A DNA stretch of 64,000 bases from NCBI RefSeq assembly GCF_018350175.1, contig NC_058368.1, positions 139,998,001-140,062,000 on the forward strand. The letters are read 5' to 3'. Origin of the DNA: Felis catus (Eukaryota). The notes under the pieces are model-generated. The model saw only the letters and a list, made by a program, of their open reading frames with translations, did no database searches and was not told the origin of the DNA. The translations under genes were made by a program, and so were the position numbers. Positions 63,618 through 64,000 of this stretch are shown one piece after another (positions within the stretch are counted from its first letter, which is position 1; every line of letters begins with the position of its first letter).

Positions 63618-64000
63618 TTATGGCTTCTTACAATGTTTCTAATATTTGTTGTTCTGTTATTTATTGTATTTATGTGTATAAGTACCTCATGCATACTTGT
63701 ATACATTCATTTATTTATTCCCCAAACATTTATGGAATGTTTGTATTAGAGATACAGGAATGAAAGGCACTGTCTGTGCCCTCCCTCGTGTTCTGACACC
63801 ACTTTGTACTCACCCCCATTGCATCCACTGGGCTGTCCAAGTGGATTAATTTGACTCCTAGGGACTCTGTCTTGAGCCTCTTTGAAGGTCTGCTTCTGAT
63901 ATTTGTGGCCCAGGACAAGAATACAAATGGAAGCCTACACACTATGTATCTAAATATTTAAAGGGTATATATTGAGCTATCATACCTTTAAATAAAATAT

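Noticed and set aside
1..64000. Excess of minus-strand L1s and young SINEs suggesting an intron of a plus-strand gene
   Set aside because: Several L1s, many SINEs and most LTRs are on the plus strand; counts are too small and no exon was identified.
1..64000. CRISPR-like or other regularly spaced repeat-spacer array
   Set aside because: The direct repeats I found are TSD pairs, microsatellites or dispersed SINEs with irregular spacing.

Overview
Repeat-dominated, non-coding mammalian DNA from a carnivore, almost certainly a felid: it carries 29 tRNA-derived Can-SINEs, seven of them near-identical young cat-type (SINEC_Fc-like) copies. I found no intact host gene, CpG island, rRNA, tRNA or CRISPR array. 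The long ORFs I could trace are L1, SINE, Tigger or microsatellite read-throughs. The window holds L1s of several ages (two with clear twin-priming 5' inversions, one three-level nest), MaLR/ERVL/ERV1 LTRs, a decayed ERVL provirus, DNA transposons (Tigger, MER20, mariner-like) and L2/MIR relics. The most notable items are a tail-less U2 snRNA retrocopy (41860-41911) with a perfect 12-bp TSD, a 5.5-kb L1 lacking its 3' end, tail and TSD whose flanks rejoin into a speculative decayed reading frame, an ERVL integrase fragment lying upstream of the 5' LTR, and a CpG- and motif-dense candidate enhancer near 17.9 kb. I see no supportable evidence for a new biological system. Repeat family names are from recalled consensus sequences, not a database search, and the ends of old elements are approximate.
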